64,000 bases of DNA, taken from assembly GCA_036786835.1 (NCBI GenBank), contig DAIQQK010000006.1, positions 1,131-65,130 on the forward strand. Reading direction: 5' to 3'. Position 1 is the stretch's first letter; every line of letters starts with the position of its first letter. This DNA is from Acidimicrobiales bacterium. Lineage in GTDB: Bacteria; Actinomycetota; Acidimicrobiia; Acidimicrobiales; UBA8190. Below the pieces are notes generated by a model that saw only the letters and a list, made by a program, of their open reading frames with translations, was not told the origin of the DNA and did no database searches. Shown here one piece after another: positions 29,897 to 37,633 of the stretch. Both the position numbers and the translations under genes were made by a program.

Positions 29897-30349
29897 GTGG
29901 AACGTGAGTCCTTGTACGAGGTCGCGGGTGGTGCTCCGGCTTTCCTCGAGCTCGCCGCCGCACATCACCGGCGATGTCTCGACGATCCCGTGCTGAACCA
30001 CCCCTTCTAGCACCCAGGGAACCTGCAACACGTAGAACGGCTTGCGAGCTACTGGGCCGAGGTGTTCGGAGGACCTTCCACCTACTCGAGCTCGTGCGGA
30101 GGGCAGTCGTGGATGCTCGAGATCCACGCGCGCATGCAAGCTGAAGACGACCTCGGTGCGCGGTTCACCGATTGCTTCATGAAGGCGGCCGACGACGTCG
30201 GGCTTCCCGAGGATCCCGAATTCCGGGCAAGCTTGCGCGCCTACATGGAGTGGGCAGTGAGCGAAGTGATGGGCTACTCCCCCAAGGACTCGGTGGTGCC
30301 GCACGACCTCAAGGTCCCGAGATGGTCGTGGAACGGACTCGAAACCTGA
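29897..30349 (+). pseudogene. Bacterial (truncated-hemoglobin-like) globin gene interrupted by in-frame TAG at 30008..30010
   Basis: Frame 2 reads VERESLYEVAGGAPAFLELAAAHHRRCLDDPVLNHPF-TAG-HPGNLQHVERLASYWAEVFGGPSTY...EFRASLRAYMEWAV. Globin-like sequence continues on both sides of the stop. The listed ORF 30062..30349 is only the tail. Confidence 0.6.
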
Positions 30350-30370
30350 CCTGACTTAGTCATCGTTCGT

Positions 30371-31375
30371 TCATTGCTGAGCCGCGATCCGTGTCAGAGA
30401 CTCGAGCTGCTCGGCGGTGCCGACACTGATCAATACGTCGCCGGCTTCGATCGGTGTGTGCGCCGAGGGGTTGGTCACGAAGCTGCCGTCGGGACGGCGG
30501 ATCGCCAGGACCAGGGCGCCCGTTCTGTCGTGTACTCGCACAGCCGACAGCGTGCTCCCGCCCAGCAAGGACTCCGGGCTGACCGTGACCTCCTCGAGCC
30601 GGAACTCGAGGGTCCCGTCGTGCATCACGACGTCCATGAAATCGACTACGTGAGGCTGTGTGACCAGAGCCGCCATACGGTCGCCTCCGAGCTGTTGGGG
30701 GTTCACCACTCTGTTGGCGCCTGCCCTGATGAGCTTCGGCTCGGACGACTCGTTGCGAGCGCGGGCGATGATCTGGAGATCAGGGCGGATGCTCCTGCTG
30801 GCAAGGGTCAGGTAGAGGTTGTCGGCATCCGTTTCGAGAGCCGCTACGAGCGAGGTTGCGCGCTCGATGCCCGCTTGCACGAGGGTGCTGTCATCGGTGA
30901 CGTCGCCGTGGACATACGGATAAGGAACTTCGTTCAGGCGCTCGGCATCTCTGTCCACCACCACTACCTCGCGGCCCGACGCGGCGAGGAACCGGGCGAC
31001 CTCCCGCCCGACCCGTCCCCAGCCGCACACCACGACGTGACCCCACATCCGCGCGATGGCCTGCTCCATTCGTCGCCTCCTCATCAGCTCTCGCATGTGG
31101 CCCTCGATGAGCAACTCCAAGACCGCCGTGAACGTATAGAAGGCGGTTCCCACGCCCACTAGCACCAAGACGATGGTGAAGACCTTCCCCGCATCGTGGA
31201 GTGGGCGCACGGGCCCGAGCCCGACGGTCGATACGTTCACGATCGTCTGGTACAGCGCGTCCAGGAACCCGAACCCGATGATCCAGTAGCCGACGGTCCC
31301 GGCGACGACGACCAAAGCGAACGCCGCCAGGCCGATCCTCACCCTGCGCAAAGGGTTGTGCATCGCCAACATCAT
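30371..31375 (-). CDS. Two-TM potassium-channel-like protein with RCK (TrkA-N/TrkA-C) domains
   Basis: Two hydrophobic helices flanking the pore TIVNVSTVGLGP, Rossmann VVVCGWGRVGREVARFL, TrkA-C-like C-terminus. Confidence 0.85.
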   Translation of the reverse strand: MMLAMHNPLRRVRIGLAAFALVVVAGTVGYWIIGFGFLDALYQTIVNVSTVGLGPVRPLHDAGKVFTIVLVLVGVGTAFYTFTAVLELLIEGHMRELMRRRRMEQAIARMWGHVVVCGWGRVGREVARFLAASGREVVVVDRDAERLNEVPYPYVHGDVTDDSTLVQAGIERATSLVAALETDADNLYLTLASRSIRPDLQIIARARNESSEPKLIRAGANRVVNPQQLGGDRMAALVTQPHVVDFMDVVMHDGTLEFRLEEVTVSPESLLGGSTLSAVRVHDRTGALVLAIRRPDGSFVTNPSAHTPIEAGDVLISVGTAEQLESLTRIAAQQ

Positions 31376-31483
31376 GCCCCCCTCCGCCGTCGCGATGGCC
31401 AGGAACCGTGCCCGGCAAACGACGTCCGTGCCGGCGGCAAACTAGCTTTTCGGGCGACACCGCCGAGTCACAGGAGGACCGCA

Positions 31484-31786
31484 ATGCCCGGTTTCGTCCA
31501 GATCATGGAATTCGACACATCGCGCATCGACGAGGTGGAGGCCCTGTCCAAAAAGATGCAGGAAGAGCGGGGCGACGCCCTGCTCGCATCGAAGGCCACG
31601 ATCACCGAGGACCGGGACCGCCGGGGCCACTACTACGTCATCGTCGAGTTCGACTCCTACGAGGAGGCAATGAAGAACTCGAACGACCCGGTCACCGGCA
31701 AGTACTCGGAGCAGATGGGCGAGCTGTTGGACGGCCCTCCGGCCTTTCACAACCTCGACGTGATCACGGTCACGGAGGTGCGGTAG
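31484..31786 (+). CDS. Small conserved hypothetical protein (alpha+beta-barrel-like), function unknown
   Basis: ATG 31484 lies 5 nt after AGGAGGA. 100 aa. HYYVIVEFDSYEEAMKNS and GPPAFHNLDV resemble a small protein family common in actinobacteria. Confidence 0.6.
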   Translation: MPGFVQIMEFDTSRIDEVEALSKKMQEERGDALLASKATITEDRDRRGHYYVIVEFDSYEEAMKNSNDPVTGKYSEQMGELLDGPPAFHNLDVITVTEVR

Positions 31787-31897
31787 CCGGACGGAGCCTC
31801 CGGAACCTTCTTCTCCTTCACCCTCGTTTCCGCAGTTTGCGCAGATAGCTAATGCGGGGCTCACGCCCCGATCACATGCTCCCGGCCACAATGGAGC

Positions 31898-33007
31898 ATG
31901 CGATTCGGAAGCGTGATCGGCGGACACAGGTCCCGGCCTCTACGGCACAAGTCGACGGTCGCCCTCGTCGCCATACCGCTTGCCCTGACGACACTCGTGG
32001 CAACCGGCTGCGCGAGCACCTCGAGCTCGTCGAACATCTCGAGCTCGTCGAACACCTCGAACAGGGGCGGCTCGAGCCCCTCTGCGACGACCGGATCGCC
32101 GTACCTGCCGGGAGGTGCCGCAATCCGCCCTGCCGTCACGCCGATCGGCAGGAAGATCGATCAGAGCATCTCGGTGAACGGCACCATGCGCACCTACCAC
32201 CTCTACGTGCCCAAGTCGTTGCCCACCGGAGGGGTTCCGCTTCTCGTCGCGTTGCACGGAGGGCTCGGATCGGGAGCTCAGTTCGAGCAGAACACAGACT
32301 TCGACGGCCTGGCCGAGGCGAACGGATTCCTCGTCGTGTACCCCGACGGCACCTCGACCAACCTCGGCCCCGACCATCTCGTGTGGAATGCGGGGGGATG
32401 CTGCGGGGCGGCAGAGGCGAGCCGGGACAACGTCGACGACGTGGCGTTCATCCGGACACTCATCGTTCACCTCGAGTCCACTTACGACGTCGACCGGGCA
32501 CGCGTCTTCGTGACCGGCCACTCGAACGGGGCGCTGCTCGCGTACGTCCTCGCTTGTCAGCTCTCGCAGACGGTCGACGCCATCGCGGTTCAGGCGGGCG
32601 CTCTCCTGGAAAGCGGCTGCCACCCGACCGACCCTGTCGCCGCGATGGAGATCCATGGTACGGACGACCAGAACATCCCGATCAACGGCGGCAAGGGCTC
32701 GAGCGAACTGTCCGGAACGACCTTCCCACCCCCTGTCGACGCTCTCGAGACGATCGCGTCCGCCGACGGGTGCTCGCCTGCGAGCACGTCCCCGGATCCG
32801 TCGAACGAAGCGGTCACGATCGAGTCATGGACTCCGTGTGCAGCTTCGACCACGGTTCAGTGGGTGAAGGTGAGCGGCGCCAACCACGCCTGGATGGGCC
32901 ATCCCCCGTCTTCGCCTGCAGCGGAGAGCCTCGTGGGCGCGCCGTTCATGGGATTCGACTCGAGCGCCGCCGTTTGGTCATATCTTGCGGCCCATCCCAG
33001 AGCCTGA
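31898..33007 (+). CDS. Esterase lipoprotein, PHB-depolymerase/LpqC family
   Basis: Signal peptide with lipobox LVATGC. LVALHGG, WNAGGCCG, GHSNGA nucleophile elbow. Confidence 0.8.
   Translation: MRFGSVIGGHRSRPLRHKSTVALVAIPLALTTLVATGCASTSSSSNISSSSNTSNRGGSSPSATTGSPYLPGGAAIRPAVTPIGRKIDQSISVNGTMRTYHLYVPKSLPTGGVPLLVALHGGLGSGAQFEQNTDFDGLAEANGFLVVYPDGTSTNLGPDHLVWNAGGCCGAAEASRDNVDDVAFIRTLIVHLESTYDVDRARVFVTGHSNGALLAYVLACQLSQTVDAIAVQAGALLESGCHPTDPVAAMEIHGTDDQNIPINGGKGSSELSGTTFPPPVDALETIASADGCSPASTSPDPSNEAVTIESWTPCAASTTVQWVKVSGANHAWMGHPPSSPAAESLVGAPFMGFDSSAAVWSYLAAHPRA
32020..32063 (+). repeat. 18-bp tandem repeat (2.4 units) in the esterase lipoprotein linker (SSSSNI/SSSSNT)
   Basis: ctcgagctcgtcgaacat / ctcgagctcgtcgaacac / ctcgaaca. 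Confidence 0.85.
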
Positions 33008-33042
33008 CGTTCTTCTGGTGCTCCGAGCCAGGCTTGATCCAC

Positions 33043-33834
33043 TCACAGACCGCACACGGTGCGCGTCGTCCACGGCTCCCAGCCGTCCTGGTCGTACAGC
33101 GCCAGCGCCGCGGCATCCTGTGTCGAAGGAGGGTAGTCCTGTGCCGAGCCTGCAAGGCCGGTGACCGACTGCCAAGTCGCGTCTTCGAATTGATACGCCC
33201 CGCCACCTGAGTCCGAGTAGTTGTCGTCGCTTTCGTGCGAGCGGATGCACGCCCAGTCCGAAGTGTCGGTCGAAGTGGCATCCGATGCTGCCTGCAGGGG
33301 AGCTTCCGGTGGAGAGGGCGCGGGCGGTGGGGTTTGAGCTGCGGCGGCGGCGTGTGCATAGGCGGCAGCGGCATAGGCATAAGCCGCCTTGGCATAGGCC
33401 TCCTTGGCCTCGGCCGAAACCGAGACCTTCGCAGCGAGGAGCTTCATCGAAGTCGAGACCGCGGCGGCTGCGGCCTCCCTCGTCGAGGCCGAACCGCGCA
33501 CCGAGCCTCGCGCGTGCCGAGCAGACCCGCTTCCCATGGAAGCGAGCACGATGGCCAGCACGACCGCCAAGCTGGCGACGACCGTCGCGACCCTCTCCCA
33601 CAGCGCCACGTGGTGGGAGCGTGCGTGCTGCGGCTTGCCCCTCGGCCAACCGATCCGCTCCAACAACCTCGACCGATCGGGGACGTCCTCCCAGAAGACC
33701 CGATCGCGTACGTCGGCCCACAGGGCTTCGTCCGAACAGTCCCACGTCTCCTCGTCGGGAACCTCGCCCAACCCCTCGCATTCGGAGGTCCCCTCGAGTA
33801 CGAGCTCATTGCCCTCGGTAAGTGTCCCTTCCAT
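33043..33834 (-). CDS. Membrane-anchored transglycosylase-like (Rpf/SLT-like) protein
   Basis: ATG 33834. Acidic N-terminus, TM VATVVASLAVVLAIVLASM, Ala-rich linker, C-terminal WACIRSHES...GGGAYQFEDATW. Confidence 0.7.
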   Translation of the reverse strand: MEGTLTEGNELVLEGTSECEGLGEVPDEETWDCSDEALWADVRDRVFWEDVPDRSRLLERIGWPRGKPQHARSHHVALWERVATVVASLAVVLAIVLASMGSGSARHARGSVRGSASTREAAAAAVSTSMKLLAAKVSVSAEAKEAYAKAAYAYAAAAYAHAAAAAQTPPPAPSPPEAPLQAASDATSTDTSDWACIRSHESDDNYSDSGGGAYQFEDATWQSVTGLAGSAQDYPPSTQDAAALALYDQDGWEPWTTRTVCGL

Positions 33835-33837
33835 TTG

Positions 33838-33870
33838 CTTCTCGTTCCTCTTCTCGTTCCTCTTCTCGCT
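33838..33870 (-). repeat. 12-bp tandem repeat (2.75 units) directly upstream of the Rpf-like start codon
   Basis: cttctcgttcct x2 + cttctcgct on plus; purine-rich GAGAAGAGGAAC on the coding strand. Confidence 0.85.
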
Positions 33871-33877
33871 TTTCGGA

Positions 33878-33904
33878 GTGCGCGCGGTGCGCGCTGTGCG
33901 CGCG
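33878..33904 (-). repeat. 9-bp x3 tandem repeat GTGCGCGCN in the same leader
   Basis: gtgcgcgcg/gtgcgcgct/gtgcgcgcg. Confidence 0.85.
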
Positions 33905-33973
33905 CCATCGGACGAAGTGGGGGGTTGGCTACAGATGCGAATACCGACGGATGTCCGCCGGTGGCTCGGTCCT

Positions 33974-34753
33974 CTAGGACGAGCTCCGTGCTGCGTGCGT
34001 ACCCGGGTGCCCCGCACTCGGCTTCGCTGCGGCGTGCAAGCTGGAGGTCACCATGACCGCCTTCAGGACCAACCTGTGCGTGGCCGACCCGGGTGGCGTG
34101 CAGGTGGTCAGGGTCAGCGTGTACTCGCCCGGCGTGTTCGCCACCACCGAGGTGTCGGTCGGCAGCACCGAGAACGGGGGTGCGCTCACCACGTAGGAGC
34201 ACGTCCACGCAGGCGTGGAGAACTCGACCAGGTCACCGGGCCCCACCTTGTCGAGCGCCGCGAAGGGATGGAGGAACGTGGTGCGGTGCCCCGCCAGAGC
34301 TGCGTTGCCGATGGTGCACGGCATCGGGCTACCCGGGTAGTGGCCCGGACCCGATGCGAGGGCTGCCGCGTCGACCCCTTGCACCGCCACCATGTTGAGC
34401 CCGATGGCCGGGATCATGATGCGACCGATCGGCTTGCCGTCCGCGACCGTCCCGTTTGCCACTTGCCCTGCCAACGCCGGGTCGTCGAGCTGGCCCGCGA
34501 GCTGGTTCTGGCGGTTGCCCGCCCACCAGTTGCTGAGCATCGGGAATGCCAGCGCCGCTGCGGCCACGAGGCAGAGCAGCAGCACGAGCACCGGGAGCCC
34601 GAAGCGGGTCCACCGGCTCCGGGCCACACGTAGAGTGCGCCGGCCTCGTGGCGCGCGCCTTGCGTGTTGGGGGCGTCGCCCACGTCGATCGCCTCCGCCG
34701 GCACCGGTGGCTCGCGTAGCCGGTGCCGACGGGGGCGAGAGCAGCGTCGTCAT
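33974..34753 (-). CDS. Sortase (class E-like by architecture)
   Basis: N-terminal TM, GHRTTF (His), TLTTCTP (catalytic Cys). 7-bp gap after the LPFTG protein gene. Confidence 0.85.
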   Translation of the reverse strand: MTTLLSPPSAPATRATGAGGGDRRGRRPQHARRAPRGRRTLRVARSRWTRFGLPVLVLLLCLVAAAALAFPMLSNWWAGNRQNQLAGQLDDPALAGQVANGTVADGKPIGRIMIPAIGLNMVAVQGVDAAALASGPGHYPGSPMPCTIGNAALAGHRTTFLHPFAALDKVGPGDLVEFSTPAWTCSYVVSAPPFSVLPTDTSVVANTPGEYTLTLTTCTPPGSATHRLVLKAVMVTSSLHAAAKPSAGHPGTHAARSSS

Positions 34754-34760
34754 CGCCGGG

Positions 34761-35582
34761 TCAGGCGAAACGACGTCGGGCGATTCGCAGGCCCAGCGCC
34801 ATGAGGCCGGTCAGCCCCCCGAGACCGAGTGCGGATTCCCCGACGAGCGGGATCCAGGACGGCTCGCCTGTGAAGGGAAGCGTGGCGCCGGACGGGTCCG
34901 AGCTACCAGAGGCCTGCGCGACCGGAGTGGACGCCGACGCGTCGGTCGGGCTGGTGGATGCCGACACGCTGCCGGCAGGAGTCGAGCCGGTCGCGTCTGC
35001 GGTAGCCGGCGGAGTCGTACTGGTCGACGGGCTCGACAGACCGGGGATGCTTCCGAGGGCACCCGTGAGCGCAGAGGCCCCGGGGATGCTGCCGAGCGCG
35101 CCGGTGAGAGCAGAGGCTCCCGGGACACTGCCGAGCGCACCGGTCACGGTCGACACGACGCCCGTCGGGTCAGGAAGCCCGCCACTCGAACCACCCGAAC
35201 CTGTCGCGGCGCCGACAGCCCCCGTGACGGCTGAGGCTCCCGGGACACTGCCGAGCGCACCGGTCACGGTCGAGACGATGCCAGTCGGGTCGGGCACGCT
35301 CCCGCTCGACACCGGTACCGATCCGAGCGCACCGGTCACGGTAGAGACGATTCCAGTCGGGTCGGGAAGGCTGCTACCGGATCCTGCAACCGACCCGAGT
35401 GCACCGGTCACGGTGGAGCAATCGACCGGAAGACTGACCGGCAGTGCCGACGTCACAGTCGAGCACGGGTCCGACTGCGCCCACGCAACGCTGGCGGTAA
35501 CAGGTCCCGCGACGAGTGCGACTGTGGCGCCCGCCGACACCAGAACCCCTTTGACGGCCTTCGACGAGATCTTCATGGACAT
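34761..35582 (-). CDS. Secreted repeat protein with LPFTG cell-wall sorting signal
   Basis: ATG 35582 follows AGGGGG. Signal peptide ...VTASVAWA. 13-aa GASALTGALGSIP-type repeats. C-terminal TLPFTGE + hydrophobic stretch + RIARRRFA. Confidence 0.8.
   Translation of the reverse strand: MSMKISSKAVKGVLVSAGATVALVAGPVTASVAWAQSDPCSTVTSALPVSLPVDCSTVTGALGSVAGSGSSLPDPTGIVSTVTGALGSVPVSSGSVPDPTGIVSTVTGALGSVPGASAVTGAVGAATGSGGSSGGLPDPTGVVSTVTGALGSVPGASALTGALGSIPGASALTGALGSIPGLSSPSTSTTPPATADATGSTPAGSVSASTSPTDASASTPVAQASGSSDPSGATLPFTGEPSWIPLVGESALGLGGLTGLMALGLRIARRRFA
35041..35418 (-). repeat. Nested coding repeats of the LPFTG protein (39-bp units; 59-bp near-identical copies 120 bp apart)
   Basis: 35113-35171 and 35233-35291 differ at 3 positions. 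39-bp periodicity from 35041. Core CCGAG(C/T)GCACCGGTCACGGT recurs at least 4 times. Confidence 0.85.
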
Positions 35583-35859
35583 TTCGTGCACCCCCTGAGT
35601 TCTTGGACCTCGGCTGCCGAGATCCCCTTGAACCACAGTGGGTGTACGGATGGCCACCCCGGCTACTGGCGAAAAACCTTCGGAATTCGCGAAGAGCACC
35701 TTGGACAGCTACGACGCGAAGCTACAAAGACCCTTACTACCGCGTAACCGTTTCGTGGCGGGTGGTCGCGCGACCGCGCGCACGGCGTGCTGTGCAAAGG
35801 AACGGTGACGATGCTCCGGCCGAAGAAGAGCGCTCTACGGGTGCCGACCTACGAGCAAT

Positions 35860-37317
35860 TCAGGGAGTGATGAGGTTGCCGGCGAGCCCGCCGATCCCGG
35901 CGAGCCCGCCGGTTACCGACCCCGCGCCATCCGCCGGCGCAATGCCCGCCGAAGAGGAGGTCGCGGGCGCCTGCGGCGCAATCGGACCGAGGACTGCACC
36001 GAGACCGCTCGCGCCATCCGAGCCCGTGATGGCTCCTTGGACCGCATTGGAAACGGTGGTCGTAGCTTGGCCGACGACAGAGGAGCCGAGCCCGGCTACG
36101 GCGCCAAGCGGCAACTGGCCTATTGAGCCGAGAGCTCCGAGCGCGCCACCGACCGTCCCGGCGACGGCGCTGACGACGCCGCCCACCGAACCCACGGTGC
36201 TGGAGATCGCGTTCGTCACCGCGCTCTCGATGTCGGGCGCCGGGATCCCAGACAGCAGGGAGCTCCCGGACGCACCAGCCAAGTTCCCGTCGTTGCCCGC
36301 CGGCCCCGACGACCCGGCGTCCGACCCTGACGTGTTGCCTAGCGCCGCGGCACTCGGCGAGACGGGATCGTCATTCGTCTGCGCAGCGCTCGAGCCGGGC
36401 CTCGCGACGGGCCCCGCGCTCTGTCCGGAGAGGACCGGGGAGGACCCTGACGCGTTGCTTGCCTGCCCCGCCACGGTCGTGATCCCGTTCGGCTGAGCAA
36501 CCTGAGTCGGCGTCAGCGAAGTAGGGGCGCTGAGAGCCGACGCCACAACCACCGCTGCAGCCGCAGCTGCTGATCCCATCGCAAGTGCGCCGCCTCCCCC
36601 GTTGTGCCCGATGGCGGCGACCCGCCGAATGGCACGAACGGGCAGGCGAAGCAGTCGCCGCAATGCCGCGAGCGACAACGCGCTCCCGATCCACGCAGCC
36701 GTCCGGTCCTCTGCGCGAACGAGCATCGCGAACTCGCGCCTGAGAGCTTGGCGCGCGCGCCAAAGCAAGGTCTCGACGGCCGTCGTCGCAAGGCCTTCGT
36801 GGTCGGCAATCTCCTGGTACGACCACTCGGAGCCTTCGCGCAGCCTCAGAACTCGCTGATGACGCTCCGACAACCGCTCGAAAGCTCTTGCAACGAGTTG
36901 CGAATCCACCGCCGCGATCATCAACTCCTCGCCGCCGTCCTCGCAGCTCGCAATGTTCTTCTGGTGAAATTCCGCGACAGGAGTCGAGCGCCTACGGCGT
37001 CTCCACACGTCTGTGCAAAGGTGGGCCGCGATGACGCTCAACCACGGATAGAAGCTGCGAGCGCCGTCGAAGGTGGACAACGCTCGCCAAGCACGCGAAA
37101 ACGCTTCCTGAGTTACATCCTCGGCTTCGTGCGAGTCGTGAAGGCGACGGACGCAGAACCTGAACAGCCGCTTGTAGTAGCGCATGTAGAGATCGTCGAA
37201 GGCTGCGCGATCGCCGGCTTGGGCACGGGCCACGAGCTCTCGATCGCGTTCCGGGTCGACGTTGTCGTCCGGCCCCTGCCAGCTACGCGTCCGCTCACTC
37301 GTCGCGACCGTCGTCAC
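35860..37317 (-). CDS. ECF-type sigma-70 factor fused to a TM segment and a G/S/A-rich extracytoplasmic tail
   Basis: Sigma2/sigma4 regions (ARAQAGDRAAFDDLY, EDVTQEAFSRAWRAL, FYPWLSVIA, SYQEIADHEGLATTAVETLLWRARQAL), then ALAMGSAAAAAAVVVASALSA and about 260 aa of low complexity with no stop. GTG 37317 follows AAGGGGGG (longest ORF to 37425). Confidence 0.8.
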   Translation of the reverse strand: MTTVATSERTRSWQGPDDNVDPERDRELVARAQAGDRAAFDDLYMRYYKRLFRFCVRRLHDSHEAEDVTQEAFSRAWRALSTFDGARSFYPWLSVIAAHLCTDVWRRRRRSTPVAEFHQKNIASCEDGGEELMIAAVDSQLVARAFERLSERHQRVLRLREGSEWSYQEIADHEGLATTAVETLLWRARQALRREFAMLVRAEDRTAAWIGSALSLAALRRLLRLPVRAIRRVAAIGHNGGGGALAMGSAAAAAAVVVASALSAPTSLTPTQVAQPNGITTVAGQASNASGSSPVLSGQSAGPVARPGSSAAQTNDDPVSPSAAALGNTSGSDAGSSGPAGNDGNLAGASGSSLLSGIPAPDIESAVTNAISSTVGSVGGVVSAVAGTVGGALGALGSIGQLPLGAVAGLGSSVVGQATTTVSNAVQGAITGSDGASGLGAVLGPIAPQAPATSSSAGIAPADGAGSVTGGLAGIGGLAGNLITP

Positions 37318-37633
37318 CAAGCCCCCCTTGAATCGCCCTGACTGACACCTTGCGCGTACCGGTTCTCTTCGAGGCTCGAGTGCCAGGGTCTGGAGCGACC
37401 GCACCTCTTCCGGATTGATTTTCATGTTACGTGAGGGATCGAGTTTTTCAATGCCCTGGGTGCGCGCGACACCTTCCTCGGCCTCTTGCAGAGCGTCTCT
37501 TGACCCTTTGAAAATCCATCTTCACGACTGATTCGTGCCTGAAAAGACGTTGGGAAATGGCAACGAAAGTTTTGGGTCCGTGGGGCGTACACCTACACGC
37601 AAGTCCCGAAACGGACCGGGGGGGGTAGGTAGC

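Noticed and set aside
30352-30362. Palindrome TGACTTAGTCA between the globin-like and channel gene ends, considered as a member of the operator family or as a terminator.
   Set aside because: The spacing is different (TGAC-N3-GTCA), the stem is too short for a terminator, and it sits at a convergent junction.
29463-31803. Short hairpins GAAGC-CGGC-GCTTC (29463-29476) and CCGGA-N7-TCCGG (31787-31803) as intrinsic terminators.
   Set aside because: The stems are only 5 bp with no T-tracts, which is not enough evidence in GC-rich DNA.
37318-37633. Explicit ECF -35/-10 promoter calls (for example GGGAAAT-N16-GGTCCGT for sigma 2, GAACC-N18-GTCAGG for sigma 1), or a riboswitch or ncRNA in the divergent spacer.
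   Set aside because: The candidate -35 elements disagree between the three leaders I compared, and I recognise no known RNA motif. Only the short shared elements are reported, at low interest.
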